64,000 nt of DNA. Source: a virus. The stretch covers positions 64,001 to 128,000 of IMG/VR virus record IMGVR_UViG_3300020733_000010; one strand, 5' to 3'. The translations under genes were made by a program, and so were the position numbers. The notes beneath the pieces are model-generated. The model saw nothing but the letters and a program-made list of their open reading frames with translations, was not told where the DNA came from and did not search any database. Shown one piece after another: positions 55,140-64,000 of this stretch (its first letter is position 1; every line of letters starts with the position of its first letter).

Positions 55140-57074
55140 GTGACAACGGGTTTTACGAAGAATTTCGTAGTTAAGAATGGCTTAACTACCGGAAATATCA
55201 TTTTGGATGCTGGTAGCAGCAATATTACAGCAAACACCGTTGTCGCAAACCTGTCTGTCCCTGCATCGGCAAATCTAGGTGCTGTTGGAAATATCATCAT
55301 CACCGGTGGCTCTAGTGGTCAATATCTACAAACAAATGGTGCAGGTGGATTAACTTGGGCATCAGCTGGATCATCCGGTGCTATTGTTAACTCTGCTTTC
55401 ATATTCAACGAATTCACTGCAAACGGTGTACAAAATGCATTTACATTGAGTTCAACCCCTGATAGTATTAACCAGATTCTAGTTAACTATAACGGTGTAT
55501 TACAAAATCAATCAGCATATACACTAAGCGGAAACATAGTTACATTCACAGAAACACCTGTTAATACTGCAAAAATTGATGTTATGGTTGTCACAGGTAC
55601 TGCACCTGCAAATAGCCTATATATCCCACAAGGTTCTTCGGGATCAATACAATTTACAAATAGCAGTGGTGCCCTTGCTGCTAGTGCTAACTTAACTTTT
55701 GCCACATCATCTAACACATTATCAACTGGAAACTTAGTACTATCCGGTACAGCAAACGTACATGATGTTAACATAACTGGTAACATGGTACCAACTGTTG
55801 CGAATACTTATAATTTGGGTAGTCCTACTAACTATTATAAGAGTATCTACGTTGGTCCCGGATCGTTATATGTTGATGGACAAAAAGTTTTACAGTCAAA
55901 TTCAGGAACAATCGTTGTTTCTGCTGATGTAAACCAAGATTTAGATATTTCAACTTCAGGATCAGGTGGCATTCGTTTGAATCCAACTGGTTCTGGCATT
56001 ATTTCATTGCAGGGTACAATTCAAATCCAAGGTGGTAATCATGTTACAAGTAGTGACGGTAACCCTATTGTGTTTACTAATGCAATTGACGTAGATAATA
56101 TAGGTGCAACTACTACAAACGGTGATTTAACATTAGCAGGTAATGGGTCAGGTAATGTTCACATAAACTCTAATTCAGTTGTAACTGGTACATTGTCTAT
56201 CACAGGTACCGGTAACTTAGTAGTTGGGAATACAATTACTGCGGCTTATTACATAGGTAACGGAAGTCAATTAACTGGAATTGTAGCATCAACTGCTACA
56301 ACCGCTAATACAGTTACGGGTAACTCACAATCAAATATTACAAGTGTCGGCACACTAACAAGTTTAACAGTTAGTGGTTTAACAACTGCTACTGGTAATA
56401 TAAGAACAGCAGCAATACAAGATACATCAGGTACAACTACACTATTAACCAAATACAATAACAATTCAGGTGATATCGGTGTTTATGGAAATATTGTAGC
56501 GGGAACTAGCGGTACAGGTAATGTAACTGCATCATATCATATTGGTAATGGTAGTTTACTATCAAGTATCACAGGTAGTAACGTAACTGGTCAAGTAGGT
56601 AATGCACTAGTTGCAGGAACAGTATACACGGCAGCACAACCAAGTATTACAAGTCTAGGTAACTTAACTATTGCTAACGTAACAGGAAACTTAACTACAA
56701 CTGGTTGGTTAAGTATGCAGCAAGCAACCGAAACATTGAACACCAAAACCGGTGCTACTGGAACAGTTAACCATGATATTTCTACTGGCGCAGTGTTTAT
56801 TCACACAGGGATTTCTGCGAACTTTACAACAAACTTGCAAAACGTGCCAACTACTAATAGTCAGGTTATCAGTGTTACATTATTCTTAAATCAAGGATCA
56901 ACACCGTATTATGCGAATGCTGTTCAAATTAACGGTGGCGCAGCAACATTGTTGTGGCCTAGTGCAACTGCACCAACACCCACTGCAAACAGATACGAGA
57001 CAGAGACATTTACATTAGTGAGAACGTCGGGCGGCGCATGGCAAGTGTATGGATCATATAACTCATTTGGATAA
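55140..57074 (+). CDS. Fibre/receptor-binding-like protein, 644 aa
   Basis: Ig-like NGVLQ...TFTETP module, fibre repeats and a distinct C-terminal WPSATAPT...W.VYG domain. Confidence 0.8.
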   Translation: MTTGFTKNFVVKNGLTTGNIILDAGSSNITANTVVANLSVPASANLGAVGNIIITGGSSGQYLQTNGAGGLTWASAGSSGAIVNSAFIFNEFTANGVQNAFTLSSTPDSINQILVNYNGVLQNQSAYTLSGNIVTFTETPVNTAKIDVMVVTGTAPANSLYIPQGSSGSIQFTNSSGALAASANLTFATSSNTLSTGNLVLSGTANVHDVNITGNMVPTVANTYNLGSPTNYYKSIYVGPGSLYVDGQKVLQSNSGTIVVSADVNQDLDISTSGSGGIRLNPTGSGIISLQGTIQIQGGNHVTSSDGNPIVFTNAIDVDNIGATTTNGDLTLAGNGSGNVHINSNSVVTGTLSITGTGNLVVGNTITAAYYIGNGSQLTGIVASTATTANTVTGNSQSNITSVGTLTSLTVSGLTTATGNIRTAAIQDTSGTTTLLTKYNNNSGDIGVYGNIVAGTSGTGNVTASYHIGNGSLLSSITGSNVTGQVGNALVAGTVYTAAQPSITSLGNLTIANVTGNLTTTGWLSMQQATETLNTKTGATGTVNHDISTGAVFIHTGISANFTTNLQNVPTTNSQVISVTLFLNQGSTPYYANAVQINGGAATLLWPSATAPTPTANRYETETFTLVRTSGGAWQVYGSYNSFG

Positions 57075-57092
57075 AATACTAGTATAGGAACA

Positions 57093-57100
57093 AATAAATA
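57093..57100 (+). promoter_or_regulatory. Late-like promoter box AATAAATA
   Basis: 4 nt upstream of the ATG at 57105. Confidence 0.5.
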
Positions 57101-57104
57101 CATT

Positions 57105-60100
57105 ATGTCATTATTAAAAGTACCCGGTTTTGCGTTAGACAGTACAAGCAATTTTACGTTTGCTAATGCTACCGTCACGAGTAATCTGGTATCAGGTAAC
57201 GCTAATCTAGGTAATGTTGTTATTGCAAACTACTTTGTTGGTAACGGGTCACTATTGACTGGCTTACCTGCAAGCTACTCAAACACCAACGTAGCAGCAT
57301 ATTTACCAACATATACCGGTAATCTAACAAGTGGTAATGCTAACTTAGGTAATTTAGTTGTTGCTAACTACCATAGTGGTAATGGATATTTGTTATCTGG
57401 AATCACTGGTGCTAATGTAACTGGACAAGTAGGTAATGCATTAATAGCCGGTACTGTATATACTAATGCACAACCCAACATCACAAGTGTTGGTACATTA
57501 ACGAGTTTAAGTGTAACTGGAAACGTATCTGCAAGTTACTTTATTGGTAACGGTAGTCAACTAACAGGTTTACCAGCAAGCTATTCAAATACAAACGTAG
57601 CAGCATATTTACCAACATATGCAGGTGCATTGAGTGCAACAGACACAACAATTACTGGTAACTTGACAGTTTCTGGTAACTTTGAATATGTAAATTCAAC
57701 CATACTACGAATTGAAGATCCAGTTATTGAACAAGGTGGCGGACCAAACGCTACTGCATTGTCAAGTAACGATGGAATGGATCGTGGTCAATTATTACAT
57801 TACTATACAACAACACCTGTTGATGCATTCATGGGTTGGAAAAATAGTGCTGGTGAATTTGTATTTGCTAGTAATGCATCATTGGCAAACAATGTTGCAA
57901 CAATCAACACATATGGTAATATTCACACCGGTAATGCTAACTTAGGTAACTTAGTAACCGCAAATTACTACACAGGTAATGGTTATCTATTGTCAGGCAT
58001 TACTGGTGCTAATGTAACAGGTACTGTAGCAACTGCAAATAATGCAAGCTATCTAGGTGGTACAGCAGCGGCAAGTTATTTATTAACAACAGGTACAGGT
58101 AGTTCACTTACAGCACCCAATGGTGCTAATGTAACCGGAACTGTTTCATATGCAAACAACGCAAACTACTTAGGCGGTACTGCTGCTTCAGGATACTTAT
58201 TGATTACTGGTACAGGAAGTTCACTAACTGCACCAAACGGAGCGAATGTCACGGGTACAGTAGCAAATGCAAATTATGCATTATATGCGGGTACAGTAAC
58301 GACTAATGCACAGCCTAATATTACAAGTTTGGGTAATCTAACCAGTGCTAATATTACAGGTAACTTAACTGTAGGTAACATCAGTGGTGCAAATGCAATT
58401 AGTGCAAACTATTTTGTAGGTAATGGTAGTTTATTGACTGGATTACCAGCAAGCTATTCAAATACAAACGTTGCAGCTTATCTACCAACATATACAGGTA
58501 ACTTCAGTGCAGGTAATATATCAGTAACTACAACTGCAAACGTAAGTAACTTAGTTGTCACAAGTAATGCTAACTTAGGCGCTGTTGGTAATGTTCATAT
58601 TTCAGGCGGTAGTTCTGGTTATGTATTGAGCACAGACGGTTCTGGATCATTAAGTTGGGTAGCACAAAGCGGTAGCGGCGGCGGAAGTGTAACTCCAAGT
58701 CAATATATTACAAAATATGATTTGGGAACTAATCAGTCACTAACTAATAACACAGATAACACGGTTCACTTTGACACTTCGGTGTATGATCCGCAAAGTT
58801 GGTTCAACACAGGTACATATCAGTTTAAGCCTACTATTGCAGGCTACTATAAAATAACATTTGGTGCTTGGTTCACTACTGGTTCTAATGGTACTGGCCA
58901 ACAATTCAACGTCCAGATTCGTAAAAACGGGTCAGGTCTTACTATTGTACAACAACCTGAACTTGGAAACGTAGGTCAGGGTTTAATCGCAACTGACACT
59001 ATCTACTTGAATGGTGGAAGTGATTACTTGACATTCACCGCATATGCTAGTACAGGAACAATTTCATTAACTTCAGGCAATGGTACTTATTTTGAAGCAT
59101 TCTTAATTGGTTCTGCAAGTGCAACATCGAATATTGGTAACGGCAACAGCAACATAAACGTTGCAAGTGCAAACGCCAACGTTACTGTCAGTGTCAATAA
59201 TACTTCAAACATAGCAGTATTTGCAAATACTGGTGTTACTATAAATGGTAACATAACAACATCTGCAAATAGTAATATTAATGTAGGTGGTGAGTTAGTA
59301 GTCAACAACTATAATCAACATGGTGGCGCAGGATATGCTGGTATCATCACAATGACAAACAGTGGTGGTGGTTCTAATCCTAACAAGTTTTTACGTTTAA
59401 ATAGTACTGGATCAATAGAAATAATAAACAGTGGTTATTCAGCAACTATATTCACTTTGACTGACAGTGGTAATCTAACTGTACCCGGAAACGTTAGCGC
59501 ATCAAATTATATAGGTAACGGTAGTGCTTTATCTAGTTTAACTGGTGCAAACGTAACTGGACAAGTATCTAATAGTCTAGTAGCCGGTACAGTATATACT
59601 AATGCTCAACCAAATATTACAAGTGTTGGTACATTAACTAGTTTAACCGTAACTGGAAACATCTCTAGCGGTAACGCTAATTTAGGCAATCTAGTAACTA
59701 GTAACTACTTTACTGGTAATGGCAGTTTATTAACAAGTTTAACCGGAGCTAATGTAATTGGCACAGTAGCTAATGCAACATATGCGGCTAGTGCAGGAAG
59801 TGCAACTACATCAGGTACAGTTACTACAAACGCTCAACCAAATATTACAAGTGTTGGTACATTAACTAGTCTAACTGTTACTGCAAACATTACATCAGGT
59901 AATGCAAACTTAGGTAACTTAGTATATGCTAATTATCATCAAGGTGACGGTAGTTTACTAACAAATATTACAGGTGCCAATGTAACTGGCACTGTTGCAA
60001 CAGCAAATAACGCAAGTTATCTGGGTGGCACAGCGGCAGCAAGCTACCTGTTAACGACAGGTACAGGTAGTTTACTTACAGCTCCTAACGGAGCGAACGT

Positions 60101-62138
60101 AACAGGTACAGTTGCCAATTCAAATTACTCAATATTTGCTGGCACTGTATTAACTAATGCACAACCTAATATTACTAGTGTCGGTACACTAACTGGCTTA
60201 ACAGTATCAGGTAACACAACAATTACAGGTAACTTGTCAGTCACTGGTTCATTAGAATATATAAACAGCAACGCAATCTATCTTCAAGATCCAGTCATTC
60301 AACAAGGTGGCGGTGCAAATGGTGCGGCACTATCAACTAATGATGGATACGACCGTGGTACATTATTACATTATTACACCACTTCAACAGTCGATGCATT
60401 CATGGGTTGGAAAAATAGTGCTGGTGAGTTTGTATTTGCTAGTAACGCTTCATTAGCTAACAATGTAGCAACTATAAACACGTATGGTAACATACACACA
60501 GGTAATGCTAACTTAGGTAACTTAGCAACAAGTAACTACTTTACTGGTAATGGATATCTATTAGCCGGCATCACAGGCGCAAATGTGACCGGTCAAGTTG
60601 CTAATGCATTACTAGCAGGAACGGTTTATACAAATGCACAGCCTAACATTACTAGTGTTGGATCACTAACTAACTTGACACTAGCTGCAAATGGCAACAT
60701 CACACTAAGTGGTTCATTAAGTCAAGTTACCGGTGCTAATTTACTAAGTGGTACGTATTTAGCAGGTACGTTGACCACAGCAGCACAACCCAACATCACT
60801 AGCTTAGGTAACTTGACTAGTGCTAACGTTGCAGGTAACTTAATTGTAGGTAATGTCAGTGGTGCAAATGCAATTAGTGCAAACTATTTTGTAGGTAACG
60901 GATCATTACTTACTGGATTACCTGCAAGTTATTCAAACGCAAACGTAGCAAGTTATTTACCAACTTATACTGGGAACATAACTGCCGGTAACATTACTAC
61001 AACTAGTTTAGAAACTGTAGGTAATTTGACTACAACCGGTAACGTCAGTGCAGGCAACTTATTAACAAATAACATATTGTATGCAAACGGTGTTGCTTGG
61101 AGCTTTAGTAATTCATCAGGCAATGCAAACTATGCTAACTTTGCCGGTACTGTATTAACTAGTGCTCAGCCTAATATTACTAGTGTTGGTACATTAACAA
61201 GTTTAACAGTTAGTGGATTAGTAACTGCAACCGGTACCGGCATCAAAGTTGCTAATATACAAGACACAACTGGTACTATTACTATTGCAACAAACTATGG
61301 TAGTAAAGCCGGGGACGTGGGTATTTATGGAAACTTAACTGTAGGTACAAGTGGAACTGGAAACACAACTACTAGCGGTTTAACTGCAACCGGTAACGTT
61401 ACATTCACCAGTAGTCCAAACGTAAGTTTAGGAGCAGTTGGTAATGTAAAAATTACTGGTGGTACTACAGGACAATATTTAAAAACAGATGGAACTGGTA
61501 ACTTAAGTTGGGCTACTGTTTCAGGTGGTAGTGGTAGTGGCATTACATATACTGCTAACGTAACACCACCAGGAACTGCAAACATTGCCGATCAATGGTT
61601 TAATACATCAACCAACACTTTATATGAGTATATAAATGATGGTGTTGCTAATTATTGGGTAGATATTCAAACACCAACCGTTTCATCAAGTTCAACTAAT
61701 GTAACAATTGCAGGGTTTGTGTCAAGAACATACACAGGTGATGGTTCTACTGTTAATTTTACTATCAGTTCTAACTTATCCGCAGCCTCAGTAATAGTAA
61801 CAGAAAACGGTGTTGTTCAAGTACCAACTACTGATTACACAGTATCAGGAACAACATTAACATTTATATCTGCACCGTTAACCGGGGTGGTTATTCAAAT
61901 TCGTGAATTAGCTTATGCTACTCCACAAGTAAACAATCTGACAGCAACAGGTAATGTTGCAGTTAGTAACTTAACTATTTCAGGAACAGCAAACTTGGGA
62001 CCAATAGGTAATGTAAAAATAACAGGTGGAACTTCAGGTCAATTAATTTCAACTGACGGAACAGGTAACTTAAGTTTCATAACTCCAGTATCTAGCAATG
62101 CTAGAATAGTTGGATATAATTTAGTATTCGGGATGTAA
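57105..62138 (+). CDS. Long repeat fibre protein with internal C1q-like domain, 1677 aa
   Basis: About 8 QPNITS repeats, a duplicated DRG.LLHYY module, a C1q-like segment (~58700-59112) and a C-terminal GDGS...NGV.Q Ig-like module. Confidence 0.85.
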   Translation: MSLLKVPGFALDSTSNFTFANATVTSNLVSGNANLGNVVIANYFVGNGSLLTGLPASYSNTNVAAYLPTYTGNLTSGNANLGNLVVANYHSGNGYLLSGITGANVTGQVGNALIAGTVYTNAQPNITSVGTLTSLSVTGNVSASYFIGNGSQLTGLPASYSNTNVAAYLPTYAGALSATDTTITGNLTVSGNFEYVNSTILRIEDPVIEQGGGPNATALSSNDGMDRGQLLHYYTTTPVDAFMGWKNSAGEFVFASNASLANNVATINTYGNIHTGNANLGNLVTANYYTGNGYLLSGITGANVTGTVATANNASYLGGTAAASYLLTTGTGSSLTAPNGANVTGTVSYANNANYLGGTAASGYLLITGTGSSLTAPNGANVTGTVANANYALYAGTVTTNAQPNITSLGNLTSANITGNLTVGNISGANAISANYFVGNGSLLTGLPASYSNTNVAAYLPTYTGNFSAGNISVTTTANVSNLVVTSNANLGAVGNVHISGGSSGYVLSTDGSGSLSWVAQSGSGGGSVTPSQYITKYDLGTNQSLTNNTDNTVHFDTSVYDPQSWFNTGTYQFKPTIAGYYKITFGAWFTTGSNGTGQQFNVQIRKNGSGLTIVQQPELGNVGQGLIATDTIYLNGGSDYLTFTAYASTGTISLTSGNGTYFEAFLIGSASATSNIGNGNSNINVASANANVTVSVNNTSNIAVFANTGVTINGNITTSANSNINVGGELVVNNYNQHGGAGYAGIITMTNSGGGSNPNKFLRLNSTGSIEIINSGYSATIFTLTDSGNLTVPGNVSASNYIGNGSALSSLTGANVTGQVSNSLVAGTVYTNAQPNITSVGTLTSLTVTGNISSGNANLGNLVTSNYFTGNGSLLTSLTGANVIGTVANATYAASAGSATTSGTVTTNAQPNITSVGTLTSLTVTANITSGNANLGNLVYANYHQGDGSLLTNITGANVTGTVATANNASYLGGTAAASYLLTTGTGSLLTAPNGANVTGTVANSNYSIFAGTVLTNAQPNITSVGTLTGLTVSGNTTITGNLSVTGSLEYINSNAIYLQDPVIQQGGGANGAALSTNDGYDRGTLLHYYTTSTVDAFMGWKNSAGEFVFASNASLANNVATINTYGNIHTGNANLGNLATSNYFTGNGYLLAGITGANVTGQVANALLAGTVYTNAQPNITSVGSLTNLTLAANGNITLSGSLSQVTGANLLSGTYLAGTLTTAAQPNITSLGNLTSANVAGNLIVGNVSGANAISANYFVGNGSLLTGLPASYSNANVASYLPTYTGNITAGNITTTSLETVGNLTTTGNVSAGNLLTNNILYANGVAWSFSNSSGNANYANFAGTVLTSAQPNITSVGTLTSLTVSGLVTATGTGIKVANIQDTTGTITIATNYGSKAGDVGIYGNLTVGTSGTGNTTTSGLTATGNVTFTSSPNVSLGAVGNVKITGGTTGQYLKTDGTGNLSWATVSGGSGSGITYTANVTPPGTANIADQWFNTSTNTLYEYINDGVANYWVDIQTPTVSSSSTNVTIAGFVSRTYTGDGSTVNFTISSNLSAASVIVTENGVVQVPTTDYTVSGTTLTFISAPLTGVVIQIRELAYATPQVNNLTATGNVAVSNLTISGTANLGPIGNVKITGGTSGQLISTDGTGNLSFITPVSSNARIVGYNLVFGM

Positions 62139-62140
62139 AC

Positions 62141-62512
62141 ATGGCAGCACCAAATTTAATAGCAGGTAATGTGATTACCGGTAACACAGTAGGAGTAAGT
62201 TTAACAAATACTTCTGCTACATCAATTTTAAGCAATCCTTCAAGTAGCGGGCATTGTTATAAAGTAAACACACTTAACGTAAGCAATGGCACAGGATCAG
62301 CAGCGAACATTACGGTTGCATGGTATAATGCAGCATCAATCGGTGGCACGGCATTCCCGATAGCAAACACAATGTCAGTTCCTGCATATTCTACAATTAA
62401 CATCATTGACAAAACTAGTCAATACTATCTTGCAGAAAATACAAGTATAGGTGCAACCGCAGGAACAAGCAATGCACTCACAGTTACATTAAGTTATGAG
62501 GATATTAGCTAA
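62141..62512 (+). CDS. Small virion-associated beta-rich protein, 123 aa
   Basis: MAAPNL...KVNTLNVSN...DKTSQYYLAE...SYEDIS; tightly coupled to the flanking genes. Confidence 0.75.
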   Translation: MAAPNLIAGNVITGNTVGVSLTNTSATSILSNPSSSGHCYKVNTLNVSNGTGSAANITVAWYNAASIGGTAFPIANTMSVPAYSTINIIDKTSQYYLAENTSIGATAGTSNALTVTLSYEDIS

Positions 62513-63486
62513 TGTCTAAAAGATATGATGGAGGAATAATGGGAGGTACCTTAGGGTTACCAACTTCTAGTTCTCAATCCGGTATGTGGTCTCTATCATT
62601 GGCTTCTCAGATAGCAGGGTCCAATGCTTGGGGTGGTGTTGGCGCACAATCTATTTCAACTACTGTTATGCTTGCTGGTGGCGGTGGTGCCGGCGGTGGC
62701 GGTACACTTTATTGGGGTGCCGGCGGTGGCGGTGGCGGATATGTTTACCAAACAGTTTCTTTTATAAAAGGTATAACTTACACTATATCTATTGGCGCAG
62801 GTGGAACAAATTCTTCAGGCACTGGTAATGGAATAGGTGGCAACACAACACTAACAATGGCTGGTGGATTTACAATGACCGCCCTGGGTGGTGGCGGTGG
62901 AGGGATGACCGACGCCTCTCCTTACCTATACATAGCAGGCACCGCTGGCGGATGTGGTGGAGGAAGTATAGCAGACGCTGGCGGATCTACTGGTGTTCTT
63001 GGTGGTGTTGGTTTTCAAGGTAATGTTGGCGGTACTGGTACAGTGGGTGTCAATCGCGGTGGTGGTGGCGGTGGTGCTGGTACAGCTGGCGGCGCTGCCG
63101 TGAGTGCAGGTGGTGCCAAAGGAGGCGACGGACTTTCTAACTCGCTATTAGGGGGAACAAGTTATTATTGGTGTGGTGGCGGAGCATCCTCTGGCGGCAC
63201 ATCAACAACCAAAAATGGCGGACTTGGTGGCGGGGCTGCTTCGGGAACCGGCACTAGTAGTCCAGGTGGCAGTGGCATAAATACAGGATCTGGTCGCAAT
63301 GGTGGAACAAATACTGGAGGCGGAGGGGGTAGCAATCAAACTGGTGGCCAAGGTGGGTCGGGCGCATTGATAGTATCATATCCATCAACATTAAGTCCTA
63401 CTCTTACTGGTACTTATACATCATATTCTGCATATAGTGGAAATATTGCTGTGTTATTCACTGGATCTGGAACAATTACATTCTAA
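62512..63486 (+). CDS. Glycine-rich virion/fibre tip protein, 324 aa
   Basis: AGGGGAGGG...GGGGGG tracts and a GGSG.LIV.YP...FTGSGTITF terminus, typical of phage glycine-rich domains; TAATG overlap. Confidence 0.75.
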   Translation: MSKRYDGGIMGGTLGLPTSSSQSGMWSLSLASQIAGSNAWGGVGAQSISTTVMLAGGGGAGGGGTLYWGAGGGGGGYVYQTVSFIKGITYTISIGAGGTNSSGTGNGIGGNTTLTMAGGFTMTALGGGGGGMTDASPYLYIAGTAGGCGGGSIADAGGSTGVLGGVGFQGNVGGTGTVGVNRGGGGGGAGTAGGAAVSAGGAKGGDGLSNSLLGGTSYYWCGGGASSGGTSTTKNGGLGGGAASGTGTSSPGGSGINTGSGRNGGTNTGGGGGSNQTGGQGGSGALIVSYPSTLSPTLTGTYTSYSAYSGNIAVLFTGSGTITF

Positions 63487-63495
63487 GGATAAACA

Positions 63496-63696
63496 ATGAC
63501 AACATTAGTAACAACAACTTTACTAGATCAAACAGGTAACATAAATATGACTGGTGCTAATATTACATTAGGTCCAGCAGCAAATATCCACATATCAGGT
63601 GGTTCAAAAAATCAAACGTTGATTTCGGATGGCGCAAATAATCTATCATGGGTAGATGTTGATATTATTAATCCATTCATGTTAATGGGGGCATAA
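63496..63696 (+). CDS. Minimal fibre-motif protein, 66 aa
   Basis: One LGPAANIHISGG.KNQTLISDGANNLSW motif and a hydrophobic end (PFMLMGA); AAGGA RBS. Confidence 0.7.
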   Translation: MTTLVTTTLLDQTGNINMTGANITLGPAANIHISGGSKNQTLISDGANNLSWVDVDIINPFMLMGA

Positions 63697-63706
63697 GGAA
63701 AAATAT

Positions 63707-64000
63707 ATGGCAATAACATACAAAGTTTTAGGACAATCAATACCATCAGCATCAACTAATACCGATGTATACACTGTAGGTGCAGGGAAAAGCGCAGTAG
63801 TTTCTACTATTAATATATGCAATCAAGCAGCTTCATCAAGTGCTGCGACTGTTGCAGTTAGACCAAGTGGCGCAGCATTGTCAACATCACAGTATATTGT
63901 TTATCAAACTCCAGTTGCTGCAAATGACGCATTAGCATTAACGATTGGTGTAACGTTGGCTGCTACGGATGTTATTACCGTTAGTTCAAACACAGGCAAT
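63707..64000 (+). CDS. Small beta-rich virion protein, partial (runs off window end)
   Basis: AAGGA RBS, then MAITYKVLGQSIPSASTNTDVYTVGAGKSAVVSTINICNQ...; open to 64000 and not in the ORF track. Confidence 0.8.
   Translation, partial: MAITYKVLGQSIPSASTNTDVYTVGAGKSAVVSTINICNQAASSSAATVAVRPSGAALSTSQYIVYQTPVAANDALALTIGVTLAATDVITVSSNTGN

Noticed and set aside
20364-61585. Numerous 60-150 aa ORFs antisense to or nested in the large structural genes
   Set aside because: Their composition (V/L/P/F-rich) is the expected reverse-complement image of N/T/G-rich codons, and there is no independent expression signal.
1-64000. Stop-codon reassignment (as in some jumbo phages)
   Set aside because: Conserved genes are full length under the standard bacterial code, and TAA and TGA both terminate genes.
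42793-64000. Diversity-generating retroelement acting on the fibre genes
   Set aside because: There is no reverse transcriptase in the window and no non-coding template repeat. Repeat copies differ at synonymous positions of all bases, not specifically at adenines.

Overview
This is a 64-kb fragment of an AT-rich, T4-like jumbo myophage genome. The structural gene set and order resemble, by inference, RaK2/Atu_ph07-like and uncultured freshwater jumbo phages. Positions 1-27.7 kb (minus strand) form a baseplate block. It holds a giant virion gene of >5,337 codons that the supplied ORF track misses because it runs off the window edge, followed by gp6-, gp25-, gp5/VgrG-, gp27-, gp53- and gp48/54-like genes. 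Positions 27.9-32.5 kb (plus) encode a gp55-like late sigma factor, gp47/gp46 (Mre11/Rad50) and an Hjc-like PD-(D/E)XK nuclease. Next comes a 575-nt ORF-free, highly base-paired segment (candidate large ncRNA with a predicted pseudoknot, plus twin GAA-triloop hairpins), the best candidate for something undescribed. A gp26/gp51-like chaperone pair follows, with a canonical T TTT TTC -1 slippery site at its junction. The plus strand then carries tape measure (with an M15-like peptidase motif), portal, core, protease, scaffold and major capsid genes. The last ~21 kb is a run of paralogous N/T/G/S-rich repeat fibre genes. T4-late-like (A/T)TAAATA boxes precede most structural transcription units. 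I found no tRNA, CRISPR array, reverse transcriptase, integrase or transposase. All calls come from manual motif recognition; no database search or folding program was run.
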